A DNA stretch of 62,914 nucleotides, filler included. It is 5 parts of 5 records of this genome, joined end to end, with 100 filler letters (N's around TTAATTAATTAA, not from the genome) between each part and the next. Parts side by side here need not be neighbours in the genome. Positions count along the whole stretch, not along the records: positions 1 to 31,447 come from SRR31156797_4284; 4 more parts are not named here. One strand, given 5' to 3'. Position numbers and translations under genes: made by a program. A model generated the notes under the pieces. That model worked only from the letters and a program-made list of their open reading frames with translations, searched no databases and had not been told where the DNA came from. This document shows, in pieces, positions 19,054 through 28,846 of the stretch (position 1 is the first letter of the stretch; each line of letters opens with the position of its first letter).

Positions 19054-20928
19054 TTATTTACCTGTTTCATAACCCAAATAAAAACCGGTATGAGGAGGTT
19101 GATTGTAAGCTACATTTTGCCAGGCTATACTTAACCTGTATTGCCTGTCATGCATCAAGGTAACAAACCTATAATCTGTTAAAAAGGAAGTAGTGTATAT
19201 TCTCAATTCTTTATTGTCTTTAGATCTCCAGATAACCTCTTCCCGCCAATCACCCAGTATATCGCCACTTAGACAAGGTGTTCCTTTTGAACCATTATTT
19301 GATGAACACCCACGGGCTGTCAATAAATTATTACATGTTTCTGTTTTCCAATTCCACTTATCAATCTGAATATCATCCAAGAGTTCTCGTAGTAAATCTC
19401 CATCCCACCATACCAGAAAATTCGTTGACGAGGGTGTACGTTTACTAATTGTCTTTCCATAAGCATCACGCAGTCCACCTGGACCTCCCCAGTTCTCAAA
19501 ACCACGATATCTTGGATCAATATCTGCAGAAACGCCTCTTCCAACATCAATTCCCGGAGCTATTCCAAAAATCACTTTACCCGTTTTTGCACTATACATG
19601 GCAACTCCGGGTGTTCCTAACTGTATCGTTTTCCCTTCATTTTCATGTATACCATATATTTCCAATCCGGGTTCATCTAAATTCATATCGGCTAAATGTA
19701 ACGCATCTCCATGTCTTAATCCTGTAGAATACAAACCTTCGCCATTATCATCAACAGTCATTGCGCCAACACAAAATTCATCTTTACCATCCCCATCCAT
19801 ATCGGCAACGCAAATACTATGATTCCCTTGTCCGGAATAAGGGTTCTTAGCATCCTTTGAATCAAATATCCAGCGATTTGAGAGTTCTTCATTTCGAAAG
19901 TCCCACGCCGCCACAACCGTGCGACCATACCATCCTCTTACAAAAACAGCACTTGGGTGAATTCCATCCAAATAAGCAACTCCTGCAGTAAAACGATCTG
20001 AACGTCCTCCGGTTTTATCATTACGTCCATTTCCTCCAATACCGCCCCAACCATCCAAGGGATATCTGGAAGGAATATATTCTTTAGTAGACAATGCTTT
20101 TCCTGTTTCACCACTAAAGACAGTTAAATACTCTGGCCCTCTCAATACTTTACCATATGTCTTGGAATAAAGATCAAGGTCACGCCAATCTTTCTCTCCA
20201 TCACCAATAATGGTTCCCAGACCATCTTTAGTTCCATCAGCCGTTTTACATATTATTTCAGCCTTACCGTCGTCATCAAAATCATACACCAAAAACTGAG
20301 TATAGGCTGCTCCTGCTCTTATATTCTTACCTAAATTGATTCGCCACAATAAGGTTCCATCCATTTTGTAAGCATCCAATATCTGCAATCCGGTTAATCC
20401 CGGCTGAGGTGGGTTACGCGTTAAGGAAGGTTGCCATTTCAGGACTATTTCATATTTCCCATCTCCATCCAAATCTCCTACACTGGCATCATTTGCTGAG
20501 TAAGTATAAACCTTGTCTTCTACCATAGCAGGTTCTGGTACCTGAAGCGGTATAGATAAATATGGTCGCACCTGATTTGCGTTTAGCTCAAAACTGTTGT
20601 TTTTCGAGAAGGTCTTTTCTTCATTCGTGTTACAAACGTAATAAGTGAGGTTTTCTGAAATATCATTTATAGAATCAACAAAACAGGTAGATTTTACAAT
20701 AGCGATAGAATTTATTTTTAATGGTGGTTCGTTCCCTATTTTCCGATACACATCAAATGCAATATTTGAAGGATCACTTTTTAATAAACGCCAACTAATA
20801 AATACGGAATGATCCTCGGTACGAATGCCAACCAAACCACGATCCAGATGTTCCATTTCCTGCGCTTTTATTCCCAAAGCACAAAACAACAGGTATATAA
20901 AAAATGAAACTCTTTTTATTTTAGCCAT
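19054..20928 (-). CDS. Rhamnogalacturonan lyase, PL11 (YesW/YesX-like)
   Basis: MEHLDRGLV, YSANDASVGDLDGDG, NIRAGAAYTQF, GQGNH, HGDALH, GDWREEV, AWQNVAYNQPPH; signal peptide. Confidence 0.93.
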   Translation of the reverse strand: MAKIKRVSFFIYLLFCALGIKAQEMEHLDRGLVGIRTEDHSVFISWRLLKSDPSNIAFDVYRKIGNEPPLKINSIAIVKSTCFVDSINDISENLTYYVCNTNEEKTFSKNNSFELNANQVRPYLSIPLQVPEPAMVEDKVYTYSANDASVGDLDGDGKYEIVLKWQPSLTRNPPQPGLTGLQILDAYKMDGTLLWRINLGKNIRAGAAYTQFLVYDFDDDGKAEIICKTADGTKDGLGTIIGDGEKDWRDLDLYSKTYGKVLRGPEYLTVFSGETGKALSTKEYIPSRYPLDGWGGIGGNGRNDKTGGRSDRFTAGVAYLDGIHPSAVFVRGWYGRTVVAAWDFRNEELSNRWIFDSKDAKNPYSGQGNHSICVADMDGDGKDEFCVGAMTVDDNGEGLYSTGLRHGDALHLADMNLDEPGLEIYGIHENEGKTIQLGTPGVAMYSAKTGKVIFGIAPGIDVGRGVSADIDPRYRGFENWGGPGGLRDAYGKTISKRTPSSTNFLVWWDGDLLRELLDDIQIDKWNWKTETCNNLLTARGCSSNNGSKGTPCLSGDILGDWREEVIWRSKDNKELRIYTTSFLTDYRFVTLMHDRQYRLSIAWQNVAYNQPPHTGFYLGYETGK

Positions 20929-20931
20929 ATA

Positions 20932-21651
20932 TTATCGAATTTCCTCAATCGTAAAATTTCTGATCTTCATATGATTTTTCACGGTTCGTATTCCAAAATA
21001 TCCCTTTTTAAATGGGGCTTCATCCTTTAAGGAAAATATCAATTCATTATTATAATAATATTGAACAAGATCACCATTCATTACAATTTTAATATGACAC
21101 CATTTATTAGGTGTAATCAGATGATCTGAATCCGTGTATTCCTTGATAATTTCCGGCCTAACTCTATTATTAACAAATCGACTATAATCGCCATCATATT
21201 TTCTAAAACGTGTAGTTGAATTATTATTACCTCCCAAACCAACATAATACAGTTGCAAAGAATAATATTTTCCGAACACTCCATTTCTCCATGACGACCT
21301 TTTAAAGAAATCACCTAGGCTTTGCGGATCGTTAGCCATCCAGAAACAGTTTAAATCTGATGCTCTGTCATACTTTCCACCGTCTTTAACAACCATAGCT
21401 TCATATTCAATAACAGTAGAATTTTCTAATGGCTGTTTATACCACAAGGTTAAACCTTTGGGAGCCATAATTTCAAGTATCTTGCCTTGTGTTATTAATT
21501 GTGTAGAATCGCTATTGGTTTCGACAACCCAATCTGAAATACCTTTTTTAAAATTCGCCTTATACACTCTTTGCTGTGCATAGGTATTACACATAAAAGC
21601 CTTAGCGAAGAATAGAAATAAGAGTAATTTTAATTGAACAGACAACTTCAT
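20932..21651 (-). CDS. Secreted DUF6250-like beta-sandwich protein
   Basis: PKGLTLWY, DRASDLNCFWMA, LYYVGLGGNNNSTTRFRKY, GYFGIRT; signal peptide; 3 nt upstream of the PL11 gene. Confidence 0.7.
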   Translation of the reverse strand: MKLSVQLKLLLFLFFAKAFMCNTYAQQRVYKANFKKGISDWVVETNSDSTQLITQGKILEIMAPKGLTLWYKQPLENSTVIEYEAMVVKDGGKYDRASDLNCFWMANDPQSLGDFFKRSSWRNGVFGKYYSLQLYYVGLGGNNNSTTRFRKYDGDYSRFVNNRVRPEIIKEYTDSDHLITPNKWCHIKIVMNGDLVQYYYNNELIFSLKDEAPFKKGYFGIRTVKNHMKIRNFTIEEIR

Positions 21652-21761
21652 ATTAGAACAATAAATTTAGATTAAAGCAAATATAAAGAGCTATTATATC
21701 CTGCCCCTGTGAAATAGTACAAAAAGAATAGAATTAATACAGCCGAAACAGTTGAATACTT

Positions 21762-24059
21762 TTACTTTGATTTAACTATATTTTCTATCTGCTCTCTATC
21801 AGGAATATTAGGAAACCTATCTAATATTTGTTGAGCGATGGATTTTGATTCTTCTGTTTTCTGATATTTCAAATAATTATTGAGTAATGCCATGTAATAA
21901 TTAGCTTCATCAGGATTAAGTGCAATTACCTGTTTTAAATACTTTGCCGCATTCTTCCAATCTTCTTTAAAATCATACATCATGGCAATATTATACTTGA
22001 TTCTTGGGTTATCCGGAGTTAATTCAGAAGCTTTTAACAGGTAAGTCATGGACTCGTCATACCTTTTGCGTTCTGATAAAAACAAGGCATAAGAAAAAGT
22101 AGTATTACCATCTTCTGGCACATGTTGAAAGTAATCTTTAAATAAACGCTCGGTCTTATCAAATTCGCCTTTGCTGTTATACAATAAAGCCAGGTTAATT
22201 TTAATGGTATATAGCTCCTTATCCTGCTCCAGAGCTTTTAAATAAAACGCCTCTGCCTTGTCAATCTGTTGATTATTGTAATAATAATTGGCCAGATTAA
22301 ACTTACCGATAGGAAAATCTGCACTATATCCCAAGGCTTCCTGGTTTTCCTTTTTAGCTTTTTCCAAGGCTTCCATGTATTTTGAAGGAATCTGTTCCTT
22401 AGCTATAGTACTTAGTTTCGAAGCACATTCCACTCGAATAGCTTTACTCTGATCTGTAAGCATATCTAAAACCCTGTTTAAACTTTGCATATCATCCAGC
22501 ACCAAACTCTGAACTGCATTATAACGAATATGTCCGTTGATATTTTGTGTTGCTTCTAAAAGTATAGACTTGGCTGAGGCTTGGTAATAAGTCCCTAACA
22601 TCTGTATGGCTGTAGCTCGTATGATTTCCGGGTATACCTCATCTTTATAGATATGAACCAAACCTTCAAAACCTTGCTGACTTCCATTTTGTGCCTCTTT
22701 AAAAACCGTTCCATATTGCGAAGGACGGCCTATTCCATGCCATTTATTCACATAGTCAACAGCCCATTGGGTCGATTTATCTGCATGGCATTGATTACAG
22801 GCATTGGGTGTACCCAGCTGTTGCGTTAAATCAGGACGAGGGATTCTAAAACTATGATCGTTTCGGTAATCCACACCCATATAAAATTGAGCAGGCATAT
22901 GACAGTTGATACATCGGCTTCCCTCTCCTACTTCAAAACGAACTCCATCATCAGCAATAACAGCCTCTCCTGCTTCTCCTGCCGATTTATGAAAGTGATG
23001 ATTGTAGGTATCATAGTCATCCGCCCTATGACATTGGGTACATAATCGGTTATCCTCAAAATGCCTTTTGGTACTATGCACATTATGGCAGTCGTTGCAT
23101 TGCACATCACGCATATACATTTTGCTTTGGGTAAAAGAGGCATAAACATAATCCTCATCCAGGATCTGTCCATCAATATACCAATCATCTTCGGTAGGTA
23201 GATTGGGGATGGTATGATTATAAATATCTGCACTATGCTTAAAATCAGATATAGAGCCTCGTCGGGCATGACAACGTACACATAAATCCACATACTGCTT
23301 ATTATCAATCCCACTGGTTTTTACCACCAAACCAAAATTATTGTGATCTTCTCGGGCATACTCGGCTTTAGCTGCCCATTCCAGATGTTTAGAGGCAGGA
23401 CCATGACAGGCCTCACAACTCACATCAATTTCGCTCCAGGTGGTTTTATAAGCATCATGCTCCACATCATAATTCTTCACCAGGTTAGTTGAATGGCAAT
23501 CGGCACACATGCTATTCCAGTTTTGTGCCTGGTTGGTCCAGTGCAACCAATTGTCATGCTCAATTATCTCACCCTTGTAGATTTCTGCGGCCATATGATA
23601 CCAAACACTATCCTTGGAGTTCCAAGTAAGCGGAAGTGTTTGCAGTCGACCTTTATCAAACTCTACCAGGTATTGCTGTAAAGGATAAAAGCCAAAGGTG
23701 TATTTAATTTCAAATTCTTCCAACGCTCCCGATCGACCATCTGTTTCTACATAGAACTTACCGTCTCGTTTAAAAAAACAGTGTTTCATCCCATTATATT
23801 CGATGGATTGATTATTAAAATCACCCAATACCGTTGAATCATTAGCATGATCCATAGCCCGGTCATGATGAGAACCTACCCAGTCATTGTATTCATTCAA
23901 GTGACATTCAATACAGGATTCGCGCCCCACAAAATGTGCTTCAGCCATGTCTTCATCCATATCTCCATAGGTTCGCATCCATAAGTATAGAGGTATACTA
24001 AAGATAGCCACAAGCATGGCTAGTAAACTGATACGTTCTATTTGCTGACGATTTTTCAT
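21762..24059 (-). CDS. Membrane-anchored octaheme c-type cytochrome with HEAT/TPR C-terminus
   Basis: Eight CxxCH motifs (CIECH, CADCH, CEACH, CVRCH, CNDCH, CTQCH, CINCH, CNQCH), N-terminal TM helix, C-terminal helical repeats. Confidence 0.92.
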   Translation of the reverse strand: MKNRQQIERISLLAMLVAIFSIPLYLWMRTYGDMDEDMAEAHFVGRESCIECHLNEYNDWVGSHHDRAMDHANDSTVLGDFNNQSIEYNGMKHCFFKRDGKFYVETDGRSGALEEFEIKYTFGFYPLQQYLVEFDKGRLQTLPLTWNSKDSVWYHMAAEIYKGEIIEHDNWLHWTNQAQNWNSMCADCHSTNLVKNYDVEHDAYKTTWSEIDVSCEACHGPASKHLEWAAKAEYAREDHNNFGLVVKTSGIDNKQYVDLCVRCHARRGSISDFKHSADIYNHTIPNLPTEDDWYIDGQILDEDYVYASFTQSKMYMRDVQCNDCHNVHSTKRHFEDNRLCTQCHRADDYDTYNHHFHKSAGEAGEAVIADDGVRFEVGEGSRCINCHMPAQFYMGVDYRNDHSFRIPRPDLTQQLGTPNACNQCHADKSTQWAVDYVNKWHGIGRPSQYGTVFKEAQNGSQQGFEGLVHIYKDEVYPEIIRATAIQMLGTYYQASAKSILLEATQNINGHIRYNAVQSLVLDDMQSLNRVLDMLTDQSKAIRVECASKLSTIAKEQIPSKYMEALEKAKKENQEALGYSADFPIGKFNLANYYYNNQQIDKAEAFYLKALEQDKELYTIKINLALLYNSKGEFDKTERLFKDYFQHVPEDGNTTFSYALFLSERKRYDESMTYLLKASELTPDNPRIKYNIAMMYDFKEDWKNAAKYLKQVIALNPDEANYYMALLNNYLKYQKTEESKSIAQQILDRFPNIPDREQIENIVKSK

Positions 24060-24514
24060 GAGACGTAGCTTAGCTGGGATTTATCAAATGACTTTCGTTT
24101 AACTGGCTGATAGGTATCAATCCATATTTCTCCATTTCTGATTTCTATTGGAAAAGTATCCAATGGTCGTGTGGCGGGAGCCGATAACACTTCGCCATAT
24201 TTATCGAACTGAGATCGATGACAAGGACAGTGGAATCCTCCTGATTCAGCATCATTGTTAACGATGCATCCCAGGTGCGTACATTTTACAGACATGGCCA
24301 GAAAACCTCCATCTTCAAATCTTCTTAAATAGAAATGTCCTGATGTAAACGGATAGGTCTTATTCATTTCAAAATCGCTTATCCTACCAGCCTTAAACCA
24401 ATTACTTTTCTTTTCAGAATAATCCGCTTTATGAATACCTCCTTTAATCAGGAAAAAACCTTCAATGGAAGCCGCTGCTATCATCAATCTTTTTACAAAT
24501 TTTCTTCTATCCAT
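24056..24514 (-). CDS. Rieske [2Fe-2S] subunit (QcrA/PetC-like)
   Basis: Tat-like MDRRKF start at 24514; CTHLGC and CPCHRSQFD boxes; APATRPL; ATGA overlap with the octaheme gene. Confidence 0.92.
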   Translation of the reverse strand: MDRRKFVKRLMIAAASIEGFFLIKGGIHKADYSEKKSNWFKAGRISDFEMNKTYPFTSGHFYLRRFEDGGFLAMSVKCTHLGCIVNNDAESGGFHCPCHRSQFDKYGEVLSAPATRPLDTFPIEIRNGEIWIDTYQPVKRKSFDKSQLSYVS

Positions 24515-24531
24515 TTTCAACCCTTTCCATA

Positions 24532-25812
24532 TCAGATGATCAGTAGCATACCTTCTCCTCTTAACAACAATGCCATCAATAGCATCGTCACATAGGATGT
24601 TATAAATATAGTGGTGATAGACATCATAATTTCCTGGCTTTGCGCCTGATACTTTTTCTTCCAGTACCAAAGAAAAACAGAAACCGGAATTATATATAGC
24701 AAAACAGGTATGACTCCGGTGGCAAACCAGCTTCCCAGGTCAGGCAACCATAATTCAAAATGTAAATAATGATCCAACACATATATCAGAACAAAGGTAA
24801 AAACAAAGGAAAACACTGCTGATCGCATGGTCATTCTTTTGCCCACTGATGAATTAAACCACACCCCAACATGGATTTGCTTGTATTTAAAATAAGGCAG
24901 ACAGATAAAAAAAGCTCCTGCCAAAAGAGGAATCACAAAGGCACTAAACAAGGGATGTACATGCAAGAGCATTTCCTGTGCTCCAAGGAAATACCAGGGC
25001 GCTTTACTTGGATTGGGACTTTGCATCGGATTGGCCTGTTCTAAAAGCGGTGCATGGTAGAAAACAGAAAATGCAAATATAACGGCAATTACAATAGCTG
25101 CGACCATTACTTCCAGCCAAACCAGGTTTGGAATTACATCTACCTTCTCTATTTCTTTTTTTTCTGGTAAGGCCACTCCTCCGGCTTTTCGTACTAACCA
25201 AAAGTGCATGCTCATTAAAAAGATAAAGATAAGCGGAAAGATACCGGTATGCAGGTTATAGAAATTCAGTAAAGTATTGGCATTAACACTATTTCCTCCC
25301 CTTATTGTACTAGCCAGACTATGTCTAACAAGAGGTATATCATCTATTATTTGGGTTATCACCGTAACTGCCCAATACGACAATTGATCCCAGGGCAGCA
25401 AGTACCCTGTAAAAGAAGAAACAATAACCATAAAGAACATGATTAACCCGTAAATCCAGTTCTCTGCACGCTTTCCATAAATCGATTGTGAATAATAGGC
25501 TCGTAGCAAGTGCAGAAAGCTAACTACTATCATCAGTTTGGCTGAGATATGATGAAGATTACGAATAAACTGACCAAATACGGTGTTGCGTTGCAAATTC
25601 AATATGGAATCATAAGCATGCTCAACTGTAGGTATATAAGAAAAGCGAAGTATTAAACCGGTAACACACAATAGTATAAAAAGAAGTGCTGCTATACCAC
25701 CCAAACCAAAAGTACGATTGAATTTAATCGCCCTGCTGTCTATACGAACAGGGTGCAAATGCAATGCAAACTTTTCAATGGAAGATAAGAGTTTTGTTTT
25801 CGCTTTATTCAT
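24532..25812 (-). CDS. Cytochrome b6-type subunit fused to subunit IV (QcrB-like)
   Basis: RNLHHISAKLMIVVSFLH, TGYLLPWDQLSYWA, FYNLH...SMHFW, PNPSKAPWYF. Likely start 25812. Confidence 0.92.
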   Translation of the reverse strand: MNKAKTKLLSSIEKFALHLHPVRIDSRAIKFNRTFGLGGIAALLFILLCVTGLILRFSYIPTVEHAYDSILNLQRNTVFGQFIRNLHHISAKLMIVVSFLHLLRAYYSQSIYGKRAENWIYGLIMFFMVIVSSFTGYLLPWDQLSYWAVTVITQIIDDIPLVRHSLASTIRGGNSVNANTLLNFYNLHTGIFPLIFIFLMSMHFWLVRKAGGVALPEKKEIEKVDVIPNLVWLEVMVAAIVIAVIFAFSVFYHAPLLEQANPMQSPNPSKAPWYFLGAQEMLLHVHPLFSAFVIPLLAGAFFICLPYFKYKQIHVGVWFNSSVGKRMTMRSAVFSFVFTFVLIYVLDHYLHFELWLPDLGSWFATGVIPVLLYIIPVSVFLWYWKKKYQAQSQEIMMSITTIFITSYVTMLLMALLLRGEGMLLII

Positions 25813-25908
25813 TAGGAAGTGTATTTCAAATACCTCCACAAAGTAAATGAAAATGCCTAATTATGAAAAGTTCTTACAAAAACGCCTCTTATCTAAATTG
25901 CAAATACT

Positions 25909-26703
25909 TTACTTTCCTAATTTTAGAATTCTAACTGCACCTTGAATCACCAATACAAAAACAACAGCCCCAATCACCAAATCGGGTTTACTGGAGTTTA
26001 ACCAATTTACCAATAGAGCAGCCACAATAACACCCAAATTAATAATAACATCATTGGAGGTAAAAATCATACTGGCTTTCATATGGGCTTCTTCTTTGCT
26101 TTTTGACTTTTGCAATAAATACAAACAGATTCCATTGGCCATCAAAGCCAAAATTGAAATGAAAATCATGGTAAAAAAGTCAGGCAGCTTCTCGTGTCCT
26201 AAAAATCTTCTTAACACTTCTGCAAATCCTATTAATGCCAATAATATCTGAAAATAACCTGCCAGTTTGGCTATTCTTTTTTTCCGAATCAACGTTCCAC
26301 CAACAGCAAAAAGACTTATTCCATACACAAAGGAATCGGCTAACATATCTAAACTATCCGCTACTAACCCCATTGATTTTGAAAACAAACCACTTATCAT
26401 TTCAATCAGGAAGAAAGCAAAGTTTATGGCTAAAACAGTCCACAGCAGTTTACGTTGATTGGCATTTTCTTCGAATTCAACAACTTCAGAGAGCTCACTG
26501 GACAGCTTAACACCTCCTAAATTTAATTCGAGAATAGATTGTTCTATCCGATCTATCTGACCGTCATGAAAAACAGTCAACCTACGATTGGGTATATCAA
26601 AACTTAAATTAGCTATTGCATTAATCCCATCCAGTTTCATACGAATTAAGTTTTCCTCTGATGGACAATCCATTTTTGTTATTTCAAATACTGTTTTCTC
26701 CAT
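25909..26703 (-). CDS. Cation diffusion facilitator-like transporter with N-terminal HMA domain
   Basis: KMDCPSEE HMA-like motif; SMGLVADSLDMLAD and FTSNDVIIN CDF motifs; ends directly after the last TM helix. Confidence 0.85.
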   Translation of the reverse strand: MEKTVFEITKMDCPSEENLIRMKLDGINAIANLSFDIPNRRLTVFHDGQIDRIEQSILELNLGGVKLSSELSEVVEFEENANQRKLLWTVLAINFAFFLIEMISGLFSKSMGLVADSLDMLADSFVYGISLFAVGGTLIRKKRIAKLAGYFQILLALIGFAEVLRRFLGHEKLPDFFTMIFISILALMANGICLYLLQKSKSKEEAHMKASMIFTSNDVIINLGVIVAALLVNWLNSSKPDLVIGAVVFVLVIQGAVRILKLGK

Positions 26704-26872
26704 AATTACCCTGTTGATTCAAGAGATACAATATGAGTCTTTGCATTATCAAAAACAAATTAAATATAAGCTTTAGAGATAATTAACAAGTTTGCCGTAT
26801 ATTTGCAGCTCATTGAAAAGTGCAGTAGTCAATCGATTTGACGATGCTATATATTTGGGAAGGAAAGAAACA

Positions 26873-28264
26873 ATGACAGGGATATCAGCGGATAAATTTG
26901 AAAAAGAATTTCGTAGTTTAACATTAAATAAGGGAATTATCGTTTCCTTTTTTGTGTACCTGGCTTACCTGCTGTTTTATCTTTTTTATTCTTTCGAACA
27001 ATTTCTACCTGTTAGCATTACTATCTTTGTATACCTCATTATTCATGGTGGCTTATATTTCCTTTTAAAAAAAGGTAAGTATATGCTGGTTCGTATGCTA
27101 TTTATCACTTTAAGTGTTCTCTTTTTGATAAACCTTACCTTTTTCATAGCCGGCCCTAAGACTGGTGTGCACTATTTTCTTCTCATATTTTCGGTATTAG
27201 CATTATCCATGGCTAATCCTAAACGTTTATGGTTCTCAGTGTTGTATTTTTCAGCCAGCCTTTTCTTTTTTGCCGGAGCTGAATTTGGTTTTATACCAGA
27301 TATGTCTATTGTAGATTACCCTGATAAATTAGCCTATATAATTAGAATAGAGTGTATCATCTTAAGTATTACTCTTGTTTACTACGTTTCTTATTTGTTT
27401 TATAAAATTAACCTCGAAAAGGAAAACCACATCTTAGAACAAAACCAGGAACTTATTAGGGTTAATGAACAACTTGAGCAATCTCAGGAAGAGGTGCAAA
27501 GGCAAAATGAGCAAGTGCTTCAATTAAATGAAGAACTATTAGCCAACATTGATATCATCTCAAAACAAAAAACAGAACTTGAAGCAGCCAATGCCACCAA
27601 GGAAAAGTTCTTCTCGATTATTGCTCACGATGTAAAAACGCCACTATCTTCCATCATTGGTTTAACTGAAGTTTTACAAATAAACGCTGAAGATTACCAC
27701 ATTGATGAGTTAATGAAGTATATGAATGCCATACATGAATCGGCCAATAGAATAGATGTATTATTTATGAATTTACTCAATTGGTCTAAGGCACAAACAG
27801 GAAATATTGAACCCAATATCATTCATTTTAATCTAAATGAAATATTAGAATCAAACCAGAAGTTGTTTCAACAGAACCTGATTGACAAAGAAATCAAACT
27901 CGTAAATAACTGCTCTACAAATTTAATGGTAGACGCAGATAGAGACATGATTGATACAGTGATCAGAAACCTCATTAGTAATGCTATTAAATTTACCCAT
28001 TCGCTAGGCACAATCACCTTGTCCAACGAGATAAACGGTGGTAAACTAACCTTACATGTTTCTGATACAGGAATTGGGATGAATGAAGAAACTTTAAACA
28101 AGGCCTTCCAAAGGAACAAAAGTATATCCTATGGAACTAACACAGAAAGAGGGATGGGGCTTGGATTGCTAATATGTAAGGAGTTTCTGGAAATGAATAA
28201 TTGTGAACTGCAAATTAAAAGCACTCCCGGCAAAGGTTCTACTTTTAGTATTCTCTTCCCTTAG
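26873..28264 (+). CDS. Membrane sensor histidine kinase
   Basis: ~6 TM segments, coiled coil, FFSIIAHDVKTPL, NLISNAIKF, DTGIG, GLGL. Confidence 0.9.
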   Translation: MTGISADKFEKEFRSLTLNKGIIVSFFVYLAYLLFYLFYSFEQFLPVSITIFVYLIIHGGLYFLLKKGKYMLVRMLFITLSVLFLINLTFFIAGPKTGVHYFLLIFSVLALSMANPKRLWFSVLYFSASLFFFAGAEFGFIPDMSIVDYPDKLAYIIRIECIILSITLVYYVSYLFYKINLEKENHILEQNQELIRVNEQLEQSQEEVQRQNEQVLQLNEELLANIDIISKQKTELEAANATKEKFFSIIAHDVKTPLSSIIGLTEVLQINAEDYHIDELMKYMNAIHESANRIDVLFMNLLNWSKAQTGNIEPNIIHFNLNEILESNQKLFQQNLIDKEIKLVNNCSTNLMVDADRDMIDTVIRNLISNAIKFTHSLGTITLSNEINGGKLTLHVSDTGIGMNEETLNKAFQRNKSISYGTNTERGMGLGLLICKEFLEMNNCELQIKSTPGKGSTFSILFP

Positions 28265-28332
28265 AAGCTGTTTAAAACCATTAACTGATGATACAACTTG
28301 CGGATATCCTTAGAAAGTAATTTGTTTTTGCT

Positions 28333-28724
28333 TTAATCTAACACCCAACAAAGAGCGGCTTCTAGTGTTGAAAATGGCCTTGATTCATATCCATCATCTT
28401 TTTCTTTAACCAAAAAAGGAATCACAATATCCTGCGGGTTTTCTGTAACTACAGCTATTTTATAACCTCTGAACACTTCCGGATGCTTTTGATAATAAAG
28501 GGTATATGATCGCATTCTGAAATATCGACTTTAAACGAGGCTTGTCTGTAATCTAAAATAAAACCTTTGTTTTCTTTTGGAATTAAACCTTCTCTTATGG
28601 CAAAATCCCAAGAATCCATTATATCTTTTGTGGTGATATACCCATAATAGAACTTAAACAATATGCCAACATCTTGTTTAAATTCATATCTATATTTTGG
28701 TATGTCTTTACGACTATTATTCAC
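28333..28724 (-). pseudogene. Frameshifted SpoIIAA/STAS-like small protein
   Basis: Two overlapping ORFs join into one plausible protein (…GFILDYRQASF…DHIP / YYQKHPEVFRGYKIAVV…RPFSTLEAALCWVLD) if one base is added near 28498. Confidence 0.65.
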
Positions 28725-28846
28725 TTTTATAAAACCGACTTATAAGAATAGGATATTAATATCTACAATACATGCAAAAATACAAGTACTAACAAATGTA
28801 ATGTTTTTGTTTAAGTATTCTATCTATAGAGTAGTCATTTTGGATT

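Noticed and set aside
24515..24670. N-terminal extension of the Rieske ORF in the track
   Set aside because: It overlaps the cytochrome b 3' end; the Tat-like MDRRKF start at 24514 is more plausible.
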